Shown here one piece after another: positions 63,332 to 64,000 of a stretch of DNA of 64,000 nucleotides. The stretch covers positions 3,584,001-3,648,000 of the forward strand of contig CBDDPY010000002.1 in NCBI GenBank assembly GCA_965232515.1. The letters run 5' to 3'. The position numbers and the translations under genes were made by a program. This DNA comes from Alphaproteobacteria bacterium. Lineage in GTDB: Bacteria; Pseudomonadota; Alphaproteobacteria; GCA-2731375. Below the pieces are notes generated by a model, which saw nothing but the letters and a program-made list of their open reading frames with translations, did no database searches and had not been told where the DNA came from. Positions within the stretch are counted from its first letter, which is position 1. Each line of letters opens with the position of its first letter.

Positions 63332-64000
63332 GTTTGAGATCGAGCTAGCGAAATCAATGGGTTAGCCGTTTCTTGCCCCGTTCTTGCTCCGACTATCATC
63401 TCTAAACTGACGATGCAGCCAGAGCGCATTCAAACACGTCTGCAAGAATCTGAAAAAAATTTGGCGAAGCACTGTTGTCAGTTCAACCAGCATCCCCAAC
63501 ATTGAGGCAAGTTGGCGCGAAAATCGCACCAACCGAGAAAAGGAAAAAAGAAATGGTAGTATAAACACGGCTATAAGCCGAAGAGAGGTCGAAGGCGGAT
63601 TGTCTTTGATCTGGAAGTGCGGATTCGCGGTTTAACGATTACGATCCGCATAAACTACTAGCCTGGCGAGGCCATGCTCGGGTCACGCTGTGAGTATGGC
63701 CACGCCTTCTTTAGTCATTTATATCTCAATGCCGCGTTGACAACACCTGTCTTTATTAAGAAGTTGCAGTCTACCAGTAAGGCGACTGTGGTCGACCACC
63801 AGTCATTCTTAAAGCCGAAATCGACGCTTAAGACCGCTCGACACCCTTAGTGCTGTGACCTGGTGCGAGCAAGACGTCGGGCCGGCCGGCTTAGGGGTTG
63901 GCGATCGCGGCAAGACGCCGGCGCAAGATCTCGGCCAGCAGGTAAACACTTCGGTCCGGCCTCGGCTGGATCGCCGCCCTCGTCTGGTCCTCCACGGCCA
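63332..64000. mobile_element. Probable end of a tRNA-Arg-integrated element (genomic island or prophage), extending beyond the window
   Basis: Lower GC and loss of long ORFs right after the tRNA fragment; IHF consensus AATCAATGGGTTA (63352-63364); tandem 11-mers TTCTTGCCCCG/TTCTTGCTCCG (63370-63391). Confidence 0.6.

Noticed and set aside
63287-63365. Complete tRNA-Arg gene
   Set aside because: Sequence upstream of the anticodon loop cannot form the anticodon stem, D-arm or acceptor stem
63362-63568. 68-aa ORF in the low-GC end region
   Set aside because: Short, no motifs, overlaps the att-associated repeats; no integrase is visible in the window

Overview
High-GC window of an alphaproteobacterium-like chromosome, inferred from gene content such as the FixL/FixK-type regulators, PmtA, TamAB and alphaproteobacterial REP palindromes. 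It has about 49 supportable CDS. The main structure is a ~34 kb low-oxygen island (~19.0-53.3 kb). It contains a hybrid kinase (periplasmic domain, cysteine-less LOV-like PAS, FixL-type heme PAS), an OmpR-family regulator, and a FixK-type Crp/Fnr gene preceded by K-box-like direct repeats. Seven FNR/FixK-like boxes lie upstream of acsA-pdhA-pdhB-E2-ACP, an orphan groEL, a host-attachment/baeRF12-like gene, pncB, a small hypothetical gene, a USP gene and the HlyD-RbbA-permease/DUF2267 divergent pair. A ~10.4 kb LysR-controlled catabolic cassette (TTT transporter, class IV aminotransferase, hydantoinase B/A, ThDP enzyme) splits the island. Outside the island are an unusual multi-TM/renalase-like fusion, a 1612-aa PEP-CTERM surface protein next to a LuxR-type regulator, two REP-IHF-REP elements, and tamAB. 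At the right end a 3' tRNA-Arg(ACG) fragment with an IHF site and tandem repeats marks a probable att junction of an integrative element. No CRISPR array, rRNA or transposase is visible. All family calls were made by eye from motifs; no database search was run.
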